Shown here: piece after piece, positions 27,740-41,100 of the stretch
Numbering within the stretch: position 1 is the stretch's first letter
Layout: each line of letters starts with the position of its first letter
Source of the DNA: Cycas panzhihuaensis
Lineage: Eukaryota; Plantae; Cycadophyta
DNA: 64,000 nt
Direction of reading: 5' to 3'
NCBI GenBank assembly: GCA_023213395.1
Contig: CM041465.1
Location: forward strand, 118,861,741-118,925,740
Notes under the pieces: model-generated
What the model was told of the DNA's origin: nothing
The model's database searches: none
Seen by the model: only the letters and a program-made list of their open reading frames with translations
Made by a program: the position numbers and the translations under genes

Positions 27740-27950
27740 CTATAAATGTTTCTTTGAATTTGTAATACTTAATCTTTAAAATTATCTTGAAAATAATATT
27801 TGAAAGTTGGTCTTCAGTTTAATCTTTAACTTGTCTTTATTATATCAATTCTTGAATGTAGTAATGATGCTTGATCTTGGTATACTTTATTATTCTTTAA
27901 TAAACTGAGTTCTTCATTATTTGTATGGTATTTTAATTATCATGTTAAAT
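27740..27950 (-). pseudogene. copia RNase H C-terminal remnant of F
   Basis: HDN*NTIQIMKNSVY*RIIKYTKIKHHYYIQELI...TEDQLSNIIFK. Confidence 0.7.
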
Positions 27951-28735
27951 CTTTATAAGTTTATTCTCTCTTAAATTAACTAATCCATAAACCTTTTATT
28001 CAACTTCTTTATATTTTACTTTAGTTTTATCATTCTAAATCACTTGAGATCTTGTTATTCTCTTATCAAAATTTGGATCAAGAATATCTCTTGGGTCAGG
28101 CTTAATCACAATCTATTTATCTTTATTAGCTTGTAAATCCTTTTTATTATTTAAATAATTAGAATCATATTATATACTTAAATTAGAATCAATATTGGAT
28201 TTTATGGTTAATCTGAAGAATAACTTGGATGGATGGGGCTGTTGTGAGAAAACGAGATTAGGGTTGAAGTGATTATTCAAACATGATTGTAAATAGTGGT
28301 GAAGTCTAGTCCAGTGGTGTATAGGAATATATGACCTTTAGGGACTAGAATCTTTGTAGAACAGTGATGAGGTATGGGTTGCCTAGCAATAGGGCAAGGA
28401 TGGACCTCTGATAATGAATGGAAGGGCATCTGAGAAGTGTTCATGGAGATCATAACACATAGATAGAGGAAGGTGATCCAAGAGGCCTTCGAGTAGATGT
28501 AGTGGCTGCTCAACCCAAAATCCATGTGTTGTCCCTTAGATAATAAGGGTCAATAAGATATGTTATATAAAGATCAAAGACAAGCTCTACATCAAGGAGA
28601 AGATGAAGTGGTGGCACAGAGAGGATAACTCTAGAAAGGATCTACTAGTCAGCCCCAAAGTGATGAGACAGGTGAGTAACTAACTAGTTTGGTTGTTTTC
28701 TATTATGTTTTGATTAGTTAAGTTGCATAGATAGG

Positions 28736-30020
28736 ATGGAGGAAATAATTAATACAAACCAGATGCAGTCCTCTCCTCTAAGAAGGATATATAGAGATGC
28801 TTTAAGATCTAGAGACCCAAAAATGTATGAGATAGAGCTAATCTACCAAGATAATTTGATTAAAATACCTATTGCCATAGATCTAACTAAAAGGATAGAG
28901 AAATATTAGGAGAATAGCCTAGTAGGTAGGTTCTTAGGGCCCAATACAAGGCTTGATATCATCAAGAAATGGGTGGTGACTAAGTGGAGAATAAAAAACC
29001 CAATGGAGGTTATGGTTATGCCTAAAAGTTATGTCTTATTTAGGTTTACCAACTAGGAAGATATGATAGGTAGTTTATTGAAATGCCCCTGGATGTTAGG
29101 GCAGAAAGCAATAATACTAGAAAAGTGGTATCTAGGTTTTGACCCTTCAGTTTTGACATTGAAACAAGCTCTAATTTAGGTCTAGATGCTAGGGCTACCA
29201 CTACAGTTCTAGAACCTAGAAGTTATCAAAGGTGTTGCGAGAGTTGTAGGCCCTTTATTGGACATAGACTCAACAACAAAGAATAGATACAAACTAATAA
29301 AAGCTAGATTTTGTATCCTTGTAAGACTCAATAAAAGTATCCTAGAAGAAGTTAGGATTGAATCTAGTGGATGGAATATTGACTAGAAGTTGGTCTATGA
29401 GTTGGACAATTTCAGATATTCTAAATGTAGAAGCTTAGGGCACCTCCCTCTGAAATACCTCAAGGACTTAAACAAGGAGGAGGTAGTGGAGAAGGAGGGC
29501 TCAACGATGAGGCCAGAAGAGGAGGTAGGGGAGTGGTTCTTAGGTGAGGCCTAGGTGACAGTCATGGAGGCGACCTTTAAGGATGAGGAGATGAAGGGGA
29601 GAGAGAAGACAATAAACTGGGAAGAAGAGGATACCCTCTTTAAGGAAGGAGAGAAGAAGAATGCATCAAGGGGATAGGAAGAGAGGAAATCTAGATTGGT
29701 AAAGGTCAAGTGTAAGGTAAATTATGAGGGTCTAGAAGGGATACAACCTATGGAGGACCTAATTATAAGGGAGGGGTAGGAAGGGTTAGGTAGTATAGAA
29801 TAAATGTGGATTATAAAAAGGAAAGAGAAGTAAGAGGAATTAGCAAGCCAAAGGAGAGGCCCTGACTTAGGTAGTGATAGGAGAGTGGGTAGACCCCTTA
29901 AAAGGATGATCCAAGAAAGGGAGATGGCTTCCCAAATAGATCAGGGGCATCAACGAACCTTAAAGGAAGGGATGACTAAAGGACCATTTTTAAGAAGCAA
30001 GAGGTGTCCCCCTTGATGCT
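28736..30020 (+). pseudogene. LINE ORF1 (DUF4283-like domain and zinc knuckle)
   Basis: SLVGRFLGPNTRLDIIKKWV...PWMLGQKAIILEKWYLGFDP...LGLPLQF...RFCILV...KCRSLGH. Confidence 0.85.
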
Positions 30021-30046
30021 AGGGGTAGAAGGGCCTATAATAGGGT

Positions 30047-33000
30047 ATGAGGTTAGTCTTATGGAATATTAGGGGCTTAAATGCTCCTCCTAAGTAGAGA
30101 GTAGTGAGAGATATAAGAGACATTATGATGATTTAGGAAACTAAGCTAGAGGAAGGAAAAGAGTTAGAAGTGGAAAACAAGGTTTGGAGGAATGGGGACT
30201 TATTAGCAAGAGTAGGTTCTCAAGGCTCGGGAGGTATGGTGGTTCTCTAGAACCTGAGAGTTTGGAATGGGATGGTTGTAGTACAAGAGGATTATTTTAT
30301 GACGATTTGCTTCACCTATAGGAGGACAAACTCACAATGGCTAGCTATTCACATCTATGCTCCAACAACAATGGAAGGGAGGAAGATACTATAGGATAGG
30401 ATTATGGAAGTTCATAAAGAATGGAAGGGCCTCTAATTGGTAGCAAGGGACTTTAATTTAGCCTTAACCCTAGGTTAAAAGAAAGGGGGGCAAGAGGGTT
30501 GGTCTAGAAGTATGTCAGATTTGGGGGAATTCCTACAAAAAGGAGGTTTGATGGATGTCCCGTTACATGGAGCCAAGTATACCTAGTCAAATCAAAGATT
30601 AGGTGATAACAACATCTAGATAAAGGTTGACAGGATGCTGATCAATTATGAATAGACAAGGATCCATGATGATATCAAATTAGAAGCTCTTCCAAAGGTG
30701 GCCTCTAATCATTAACCATTGATGCTTGAGTTTAACACCTAAGGAAAACACCATGAGACCCCTTTTAGGTTCAAACTTATATGGACAAAACACCTAAACC
30801 TCAGGAATTGGTTTAAGGAATGGTGGAGTATCTGGTGGAGGGGTATGCTATGTTCAAGTTCTCAATGAAGTTACATTAGGTAAAAATATAAATCAAAGGG
30901 AGATTGAGGAAAGAATTTAGGAGGAAGGTAGATACCTCACTCTAGACCACTTGAAATGAATAATTATCAGGAACTTAGAGGAGATCTTGGCTAAAGAAGA
31001 AATTTATTAGAAATAGAAGTTAAGGGCCCTCTGGTTGGCAGATGGAGATAGAAACATAAAATTCTTCCATATGATGACCCTTAAATATAGATCTTGTAAC
31101 AAAATAAATAAATTGAGGGGCAGTGGAGGAGTTGTTTAGGAGACAGAAGATGGTATTAAAGGCATTATGGTGGACTACTTTAAGAACTTATTTGAAGAAC
31201 TTGGCTGTCAGGAGGTGGACTTAAGAAGGGAGCTAATGGGATACATCCTTAAGCTAATTAATGAAGACCAAAATGGGTGGTTGAAGGAACCCTTCTCTAT
31301 GGAGGAGGTGGAGAAGGCCCAGTTTAATATGGGGCAGGATAAAGCCCCTAGCCCAGATGGTTTTCCTCTAGGTTTTTACCAAGAGTTTTGGGACATAATC
31401 AAGGAAGATCTAAAAGTAGCCTTGGATGAATTTTATAATAAGAAAACAATCTTAAAGGACTGGCAGACCAGTTTCCTAGTGTTGATCCCAAAGAAAGAAG
31501 GAGAAAAATCCATGGAGGAGTTCAGACCAATAAGCCTTTGTAATATCAAATACAAAATCTTAGCCAACGTTCTATCAAATAGATTGAAGAAGTACTTGCC
31601 ATTGATTATTTCCATAAATTAGGACAAATTCATGAGGGGTAGATAAATTTTAGATAGTATTATAGTGGTCCATGAAATGATCCATTTAGTCCACCAAAGA
31701 AGAGAAGATTTCATGGTTGTAAAAATTAACATGTCTAAAGCCTACAACAAAGTAGCATGGGATTGCCTAATGGATTGCCTTCAAGCATTTGGGTTTAACG
31801 AGGTATGGAAGGAATGGATAATAAGTTGTATATCTAAACCAAAATTTTTGATTTTGATAAATAGAATTTTGACTCCTTTCTTTATGGGTTTCAGAGGGAT
31901 GAGGCAAGGGGAGCCGTTGTCCTAATACCTCTTTATCATTATGGCAAAAATTTTAGGCAGAGCTATCAAGGAGGCTAGGAGGAAAGGGTGGGTTACTAGA
32001 CTAAAGCCTACATCCAACATAGATAATATTGTCCATCACCAGTTTATTGATGATAATATCCTCTTAGGGAAGGCGACCATAGGGGAAGCCAGAGCCTTTA
32101 AGGCTGGACTCCAAGCCTTTGAGAGAGCCACAAATCAAAGAATAAACTTGTAAAAAACCTCTGTCTTCTTTATAAATACCCATTAGAGACTACAAAGAAA
32201 TATAAGTAGGGTGCTAGGGATGTTAATTAAAATTTTTTCATCTACCTATCTAGGAATGCCCCTGTTCATTAGGAATATGAGAAAGGACCTCTGGAATCCT
32301 ATTATAAACAGGATGTAAAGGAAACTAGCTAGTTGGAAAGGAACCATTCTTAGCTAAGCTAGTAAGATTCAACTGGTATTTACTTCTCTACAGAGTATCC
32401 TAATGTATATGATGCCTATATTCAAGATCCCAAGTAGGGTTATATCAATTTTAGAAGGTATTTAGAAGAGGTGGTCTAGAATTGAAGAAAAGGATAAAAT
32501 CCACCTAGTTGCATGGGACAAAGTTTGTATGCCTAGATGGGTTGGGGGGCTTAACATCAAAAGATTGGCCTCTTTTAATAGAGTTGTAGTGGCTAAGCTA
32601 TGTTGGAGATTATTGAAGGAGGAAGGAGGACAGTGGAGCAAGATCATTTCCAAAAAATATTTAGGAGGAAATAATTTCCTAAAAGATAAGGCAAAGGAGG
32701 TATACGGGTCACCAATATGGAGATGTCTAGTCCACTCAAGACTTATCTTGACCTCTGGCATGAGATGGAACTTGGGGAATGGGGAAAGCATAAAGTTTTG
32801 GGAAGATAAATGGTGTGGTAATTATAGATTGAAAGATAGCCCAAGCATTGATCCCATGCAAGCCATATGCGAAGACATGTATGGTCCTAAGGTCAAGGAT
32901 TATTAGGAAGGACAAGGTAGAGATAAAGTCTGGAAATCTTTCGAGGAGCTGTAAGGGACTTAAGAATGGGGGGAGAATGTTTGGGCCTTAAAAAGAGATC

Positions 33001-34157
33001 TTGATCAATGCTACATTCCAAAAAGCCCTAAAGTAGATGTGGTCATTTGGGCTAAATCCCCCTGAGGGGGGTATACTATGAAGGGTAGATGCCAAGCCAT
33101 ACGTTAGGAGGAGGGGATAAAAAAGGATTCTTTTCTAGCAAGGGTGTGGAAGTTGTGTTTAATACCAAAGGTGGTAGTCTTCTGGTGGCTATGCCTAAAG
33201 AAAAGGATATTGACAGTTGATAACCTCCACAAGCATGATATTGCCATGCTAAATAGGTGTGTGATATGCAAAAAGGTCAAGGAGATAGTTGAACATATCA
33301 GCATTCACTACCCTTTTGCTAGAAGACTCTAGGACAATATTTGGTCCCAACATGGGATATCGTGCATGAGCCCAAGGACCCTTGAAGAGCATTAAAGGAT
33401 GTGGAAATCTCCCTTCAGGTGTAAGACTCTAGGATTTCTCTAGAAAATAATCCTACCAATGGTGGTGTAGAACATTTAGAAAGAGCAAATTAGAAGATTA
33501 TTTCCAAGGGAAGGATTTGGATGAGGTTAGGATTTATGAGATGATACACTCAGTGATAGCAGAATTGATTAGAGCTTGGGATGAGGAAAGTATTCTAGAA
33601 AGGAAAGTCAGAATCATGGAGGGATGGGGAATAAGAAGACCTAATATAATTATGGTTAGAAGAAGAGAATACTCTTGGCAATACCTATAGACAACTAGGT
33701 TAAAATAAATTTTAATGGGGTGTCGAAAGGCAACCCTGACGAGGCAAGAAGGGGAGGCTTATGGAGATACCTAGATGGTAGAGTGAGGTGGGCCCACACA
33801 GAATATTATAATAATTAGACAAATCATAGGGCCAGATTAAAGGCCATACAGAGAGCAATCCTTATAGCTAAAAATGATGACTACGATAAGGTGGTGATCA
33901 AAGGAGACTCGCTAAACATAATCAAGATTCTCATAGGGAATACTGAAGTAGACTAGCATAACATGAACATAGTGAGGAACATTCAAGAGGCTTTGAGGTC
34001 TAAAGTGGGATCTCAGATCTACCACATATACAGAGAGGGTAATGTAGCAGCTGCCTAGCTCACTAATTGGGTGGTCTCAAATAAGAGTATGAGGGTCTAG
34101 AAAGAAAACTTTTTAGAGGAGCTTCTAAGTCTAGTTAGTATGGAAATGATAGCCTAG
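30047..34157 (+). pseudogene. LINE ORF2 (APE endonuclease, RT, zf-RVT, RNase H)
   Basis: MRLVLWNIRGLN. ORF 31167-31622 (KAPSPDGF, FRPISLCN), RGMRQGEPLS, HQFIDD, ORF 33144-33332 (zf-RVT), RNase H KINFNGVSKGNP at ~33700. Confidence 0.92.
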
Positions 34158-34344
34158 GGAGAGGCAAGCTAGTTATTAGATTAGTTATAGATTGTTTGGT
34201 TAAGGTGGTTAGGATGTTCTAAGTCTAGATAAGCCATGGGCTTGTCATGGCATGCTATAATAGCTGAGAGGCAGATCTTGTAGAAGGTTTGGGGACCTTT
34301 TAAAACCCCTTTAATTTTTTGCCAAATCAAAAAAAAAAAAAGAT

Positions 34345-35160
34345 TTAATCAATATTCGAAATAGGAACTTCACTTGAATATAAATCATCAGTAACATTAA
34401 TATATATATGTAAATTTGATTAATCTTCAATCTTAAATATAATCTCATTCGAAGTATCATGATGAACATCTATGGGAATGAGTAAAGAGACTTTGATGTC
34501 TTGAATTACTTGATCACAATCATCAGTAGATTGTACACATCTAATAATAGTAATAGGTTCATCACACTTAATATACTCAATAATAGTGGTCTCCTCAAAA
34601 ATCTCATTAGATTTAATAATACATTTAGTAGTAGTCTCTTTACAATTAGTATTAGATTCATTAATAATATTTTTAATCATGTTCTCTTGGCATACCTTTT
34701 CATCATAATTATAAATATTTTCTTGAGAATCTTGATCACCTTGATCACCTATAGTTTCTTGAAATTTTGCTTAAGAATCTTGTGCTTTAAAATTTGGATC
34801 TTGAAAACTCCTAAAACTCTCCCTCAAACTTGGATCAAATATATATTTCAAAATATCCCATATTTGTTTGGAAGTTTTAACATAACGCACATAGAAAAAT
34901 ACATTTTTATTTAAAATAAAATAGATCTAATAAAGTGTACTACTATCTTTTATTTTAAGATCTTTCTTTTCTTTTCCTTAATTAGGTATTAACTGAGTAG
35001 TAGAATGGATATGCACTAATACCTTATATCCTCGAGAAATAAAATCCTATAAGTCATTTGAAATTAAATAATATTTTATGCCTTTTAACCATTCTAAATA
35101 ATTTTTCCCATTGAATATCAACAAATTTAGATAACCTAGAAACTCTAAAGAATATGTTAT
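34345..35160 (-). pseudogene. Truncated copia gag N-terminus fused in frame to an unrelated acidic tail (element F)
   Basis: LLIFNGKNYLEWLKGIKYYLISNDL*DFI...KTSKQIWDILKYIFDP continues in frame, with one stop, into ORF 34420-34680. Confidence 0.7.
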
Positions 35161-35345
35161 TTTGTAAATAAAAATAGAGTATAATAGGTGCACAATAATC
35201 ACATCATACTCAAGATATTAACGTATAGCTTCTATCCCTAAACTACGCACAAGATGGGCTACATAGTCATATAGATTTATCAATAAGATGAAAACAACCT
35301 TATTTTTACTTTTAGGAGCTCCTTTTACCTCCTAGTCCTTTATAG

Positions 35346-35721
35346 TACCAAATTTATTAATAGGATTAAAATAACATATCACATAAATTAAGAGTATAAA
35401 CTAAAATAATATAAGACCAAATAAGTTAACTGACTATAGAATAATATGATTATCAAATTTGTTGAATAATCACTATCAATTTTGGTAGAGCTTCTATATA
35501 TAATTTCTTTTAATATATAAAGCATAGGGTTTTAGATTAATTTATAATTATTTAAACCCATAAATATAAGAATATCATTGGCCCATGTATTGAAAAAAGT
35601 AGGTAGAAAAACTAATTTATTAATTATAACTTAATTTAGAAAGGGGTGCCTTAATGTTACATTGAGTACAAAAATATGATATATGAATATTACATTGAAG
35701 GTATCGTTACATGTTTTAACA
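35346..35721 (-). repeat. 3' LTR of G
   Basis: Homologous to 47813-48193; ends CATGTTTTAACA. Confidence 0.9.
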
Positions 35722-35759
35722 CCCTCCCTTAATGATAACTTCATTAGATTTGATGATAA

Positions 35760-37430
35760 GGTTATGCTTAAACCTTTTAAACTTCAATTTGCTAAGTGCT
35801 TTAGTGAAGATATTTGTAATTTGGTCCTTAATTGGTTAATAGATAAGGTTACCTTCTTTATTTTGAACATGCTAATGGATCAACTGATGGTGGACCTCTA
35901 TATGCTTGGTTCTAGCATGGAAAATAAGATTCTTTATCATTTTCAATGAACTATAGTTGTCACAATAAAGAATGGTAGATAAAGTCTATTGAAATCCAAG
36001 CTCAACAAGAATCCTTTTAAGCTAAATTAATATTGTGGTGTCATAGATAGCTACTTTATATTTAGCTTTGGTGGAGGAGAGAGCAATATTAGGTTATTTC
36101 TTATAGCTCTAGGAGATTATTACTGAGTCCATGTCAAAATGGTATCTTGATATTAAATGGAATGTGTCTTAACAAGATACCTAATCAGCATTTGTACAAC
36201 CTTTTAGGATAGGAGATTCAGTCTGTTTATTGTTAAGTCCAAATTGATATATGCCACAGATATACCTAAGAATTTTAGTGATGGCCTTCTAATGGGATAC
36301 TTAGGGCTACGACATATACCTAGAATAGATCCCAACTATATAAGAGATATCTAGGTGACTGTAAGTGAGGTAAATGAGGCTTCCAACCAACTTCTAGTAT
36401 AATTTGGGATTAAAAGGCTTTCCTTGTTTATCCAAGTTAAGCTTAGTTCCTATTTCTATTAGAGTTGGTATAGGCTTATAGTTAGTCATTTTGAACTACT
36501 GCAAGAGTTCATTAGAGTATTTGGATTATGACAAGAATATGGATCCCGGTTCCTGATATACTTCAATGCTAATGAATTAGTGAAGTAACCCAAGGTCTAT
36601 CATCTTAAAGCTACTTTTAAATTCTAATTATAACCAAACTATAACTTTATTATTATTACCTATGATTACTAAGTCATCCATATAGAGTATAATGATTATG
36701 ATCAAGTTGTCCCTAATTTAAATATATAGATATAAATTAGAGGGTAAATGAGTGAATCTATTCTTTGTGAAAAAGGCATTAATCTTTGCATACTAAACAT
36801 GTGGTATCTAAAGGCTTTCTTAAGTTTACAGAGTAGGTGTTCTTTGCTAGGAACAATATAATTGAAAGATTATTTCAAAATACCTCTTTTATGAACTCTC
36901 CTTTTAGGAAAGCACTATTCACATCTATTTAGTACATAGGCCAATTGAATTGAGCTACAAGAGACATAACCAAATAGAATGTAGTCACGTTGATTGCCAG
37001 TATAAAGGTCTCATCATGGTTAATCCTCTCTTACTATTTGAAACCTCTTGCAACTAAAGAGGCTTTATGATACTTAATGGCACCATCTATATAGAATTTG
37101 GTCTTGTAAATCCATAGATAGTTAATTAACTTCTTACTAAGTGGTAGTTTGGTTAGCTCCTATATGTCATTCTTAATAATAGAATTCATCTCTTCATCTA
37201 TTGTTACTTTCTATTTTTGGTCTTTGATTACCTCCTCAAATGTGGAAGGCTTAGAGGTCTCAAGGACACATGCCATTAAGGCAAAGTTGGTGGAGTGTCT
37301 TATTCTGGACTCTCTTTTGGGAGCTATGGAAGGAATAGGAGCATCATTTAGAAATTGTTGAAGCTACATAGGAGGTGGATGAAAACTAGTGGCATCCACC
37401 TAAAGATTATCAACTAATATAGATGGCATT
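35760..37430 (-). pseudogene. RT-RNase H part of G pol
   Basis: Reverse complement of the RT/RNase H region of I (55800-57500). Confidence 0.85.
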
Positions 37431-38092
37431 TATTGAGAAAACTAGGTCCTAATAACCAGAAATTACCACCAAGATCAAAACTATTTTACAACTAGTTATA
37501 GGAATTAAAACTGAAAATTAACATGCAAGGTTCTTAAAGTAGAGATAATACAATAAATAAATCAAAAAGCCAAAGCATCATATATAAACCAAATATAACA
37601 TGGTAATACCCTAGTAGTGTGCTAGGAAAATATCCACACAGGAAAGGTATTAATCTTTATTATCTAAGAATAGAGAAATATACATAATATATTATAGAAT
37701 GCTCACTGTAATAATAACCAACTACCTTTTCTTAATACAATACATCGAATACTATTAACATAATCAAACACACCCTAAATCAGGCTATATGAGAGAGTCA
37801 TACAAGGCACAAATCTCAACCATCAAATCTAAGGTATTTGAATGAACGACCTTGATTCTTTTTATAATTTAGTATGTTTTATAATGCTAACTTTTTGAGT
37901 CAGGAGCTACTGCCCCTGAACTCCCATTTGCTGGGGGAGGGTGGGTGGGGGTTTTAGCCCTCCCCATATCCCCTGACCAAAGGGGGCTCCCACCTCCTTC
38001 TTGGATATCCCTATGATAGTTTAGGGGGGAAATTATGCTACAAACATATCAAAACATTTGCCTCCAAAACATTGTTATCACATTATCTAACA
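37431..38092 (-). repeat. 3' LTR of B2
   Basis: Aligns with both B1 LTRs. Confidence 0.9.
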
Positions 38093-38140
38093 ATCTCCAC
38101 CTTGACAATAATTGACCTAATACCTTTTCTAGATCGTTCA

Positions 38141-41100
38141 TCACCTTCTTTGTAACTAAGAGAAGTCAAATACCATTTAAACTTCTCTAATAACATTGCT
38201 TTTGTGAAGATGTCAACACAATTCTATTTTGTGTTAACCTTCTCAAGTGTCACTCCACTTGCTTTCACAACCTATCTAACAAAATGGTACTTAAGGGTAA
38301 TATCTTCTATCCTACTATGATAAGCTAGATTCTTAACTAAGTAAATGGCATGGCAATTTGATTGTCACAAAATACCTTTATCTTTTTATGTTTCCTTCCA
38401 AGCTCAACCAATAGACCCTGTAACCATATTACTTCCTTACAAGCATGTGCTATAGTAATATATTTTACTTTTGTAGTCAATAATACAATTGTACTCTATA
38501 ATTTTGACATCCAACTAATATAACCATTTATAAGAGTAAACACATAACTTGAAGTAGACTTTCTCTTATCTAAATATCTTGTAAAGTTTAAATCAACATA
38601 TCCATAAACTTGATTACCTGTACCACTAAAGATGATGTAATAGTCACATATATCCCTTAAATACTGAAGCATAAATTTCACTACTACCCAATGCTCCTTT
38701 TATAAATTTACCATAAACCTACTAACTAAATTGATTGTATGTAAAATGTTAGGTCTTATATATACCATGGCATACATCAAAGTTCTTACTTTGCTGGCAT
38801 AAGGTACATGAAACTTATAATCCTTTTATTATTTACTATTAGGACTCATACTCAAAGAAAGCTTGAAATGGGAAGCCAATAGGATACTAACTAGTTTCAC
38901 GTTTTCTATACTAAATCTAGTTAACATCTTCTCCACTATTTTTTCTATGAAAACCATAGCTTATAATTTTTCCTATCTCTATGTATCTCCATGCCTAAGA
39001 TTTATTTTGTAACTCCTAGATCCTTCATATCAAAAGTCCTAGCTAATTGAGCCTTTAACTTGTTGATTTATTCCATTCTCTTACTTGAAATTAGTATGCC
39101 ATCAATATATAAAACTAAGATAATGAATAAGCCATTGTCCAAGAATTTATAGTAAACACAATGATCATACTCACTTCTTTTGAAATTTTGGCTCTTTATA
39201 AAGGCATCAAACTTTATGTACCATTACCTAGGTGATTACTTTAGGCCATACAATAATTTTTTAAAGCCTATAAATAAGTCTTTTCCTGTCATCTTATATA
39301 AACCCTTTTGGCTAATACATATAGATCTCCTCATCTAAATATCCATGTAGGAAAGTTATTTTTACATCTAATTACTTCAACTCCAAATCAAGAGAAGCTA
39401 CCAATTATAACATAACCTAAATTAAAACAAGTTTAATAACTAAAGAAAATATCTCATAAAAATTAATACTTACTTTCTATGTAAAGTCTTTAGTCACTAG
39501 TCTTGCCCTATATTTGTCAACCTTTCCATCAACATCTATTTTCTTCTTGAAAATCCACTTGTAACCAATAGTCTTCCTACCATGTGGAAGTTCTACTATG
39601 TCCCATGAACTATTTTTCTTCAAACAATCTATCTCTTCCTACATAGCTCTCTTTCACTTCTTACTATCGATATCATATATTGCTTCCTGATAGCATATAA
39701 GTTCACCATTAATCAAAAACTAAAGTAATAGAAATAGAAGGGTCATACTTGTTTAGTGGATGACTAACTTATGTAGATCTTCTAACAGTTGGTGGAGGAA
39801 CATCCATATACTCTTATAAATCTATTATAGATTCATCTTCAAAAAACTCTTCCTACTTTTTTGTTTTTAAAGATCATTAGGTTTCAAGCTTGGCCTATTG
39901 ATGTTTAACTTTTTTCTCCTATTTTACTTTAACTTATTCACTGTTTGATTTTAGAAAGAGAGATTCATTAAATACAACATCTCTATTAATAGTTATTTTT
40001 TGGACAGTAGGATCCCATAACCTGTATCCCTTCACACCATCTTTATCACCATAATTAACAAAGATGCATCTCTTGGATTTTAGGTCTAACTTTGAATATT
40101 GGCTTTTATTAGTCAAGGCATAAGTATCACAACTAAAAACTTTCAAATTTGAATAGTCACATAGATGTCTAGTCCAAACCTCTTAAGGAATATTACAGTC
40201 TATTGTAAGTGATAGTGACTTATTTACCAAATAACAAGTTGTCTGAATAGCTTCTACCCATAAGCCCTACTCCACTCCTGCATTACTTAACATGCTTCTC
40301 ACTCTTTTTAAGAGTGTCTTATTCATGTGCTTAACTATGCTATTCTAGTATTGAGTATAGCTAGTGGTCTTATACCTTTTGATCCTAACTTCTCTATAAT
40401 AGTTCTCAAACTCTAAGGAGTTTAACTCACCTCCATTGTCAATTCTTAAATATTTGATTAACCTACTAATATTCTTCTTAACTAGAGCCTTGAACTACTT
40501 AAATACACTAAAAACTTTAGATTTTTTAAAAATAGACCCATACTTTTCTAGAATAATTATTTATAAATGTGATAAAATGTAATGATCCTCCATAAGATAT
40601 TATAGGGGTTAGTCCCCATACCTCTAAATATATATAATCCAAACACCTTTAATAATGTGACTCCTTATTTTAAACCTGAGTCTACACTACTTTCCAAAAA
40701 AGTAATATTTATAAAAAGTCAAATATGTATTAGATTTTAACATAGAAAACATTCATCATCAACAATATCTAATAATATCAATGAACAAAATAAAGCTTGT
40801 ATTAATATAACATAAACAAGACAACATCAAAATATTCATACATCATAGACTTAACATGAGTCTTAATAATAACTTAATTTCATACACTACCTTAACCACC
40901 TTTATATACAAAATAGGTAGGAGAACATATAAGAGATATAATACATATGACATAATTACCTCTAACCTAGCCAATGACATTACACCAACTAACTAACTAA
41001 TGAGCTTCTATCTTCTGATATAATATTATAATAATAAATGACTCTTAGACCCTAATACTAAGGACTATAACTATTGACTCTAAGACACACTTTACTTAGA

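Larger units (their letters stand above)
28200..34341 (+). mobile_element. Near full-length plant L1-clade LINE encoding RNase H
   Basis: ORF1 and ORF2 remnants, A13 tail at 34329-34341, candidate TSD AATCAATATT(G/C)GA (28187-28199 and 34347-34359), and a purine-rich strand bias. Confidence 0.92.

Noticed and set aside
28277-28525. Antisense ORF in the LINE 5' region (ORF0-like)
   Set aside because: The C-rich strand has few stops in all three frames, so an 82-aa ORF is expected by chance; no motif.
33730-33760. CTGACGAG resembling a hammerhead ribozyme core (retrozyme idea)
   Set aside because: It lies in the LINE RNase H coding motif (GNPDE) and lacks the helices and GAAA partner. I saw no hammerhead core in any LTR.
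34501-34914. 137-aa plus-strand hydrophobic ORF
   Set aside because: Antisense shadow of the F gag/tail frame.
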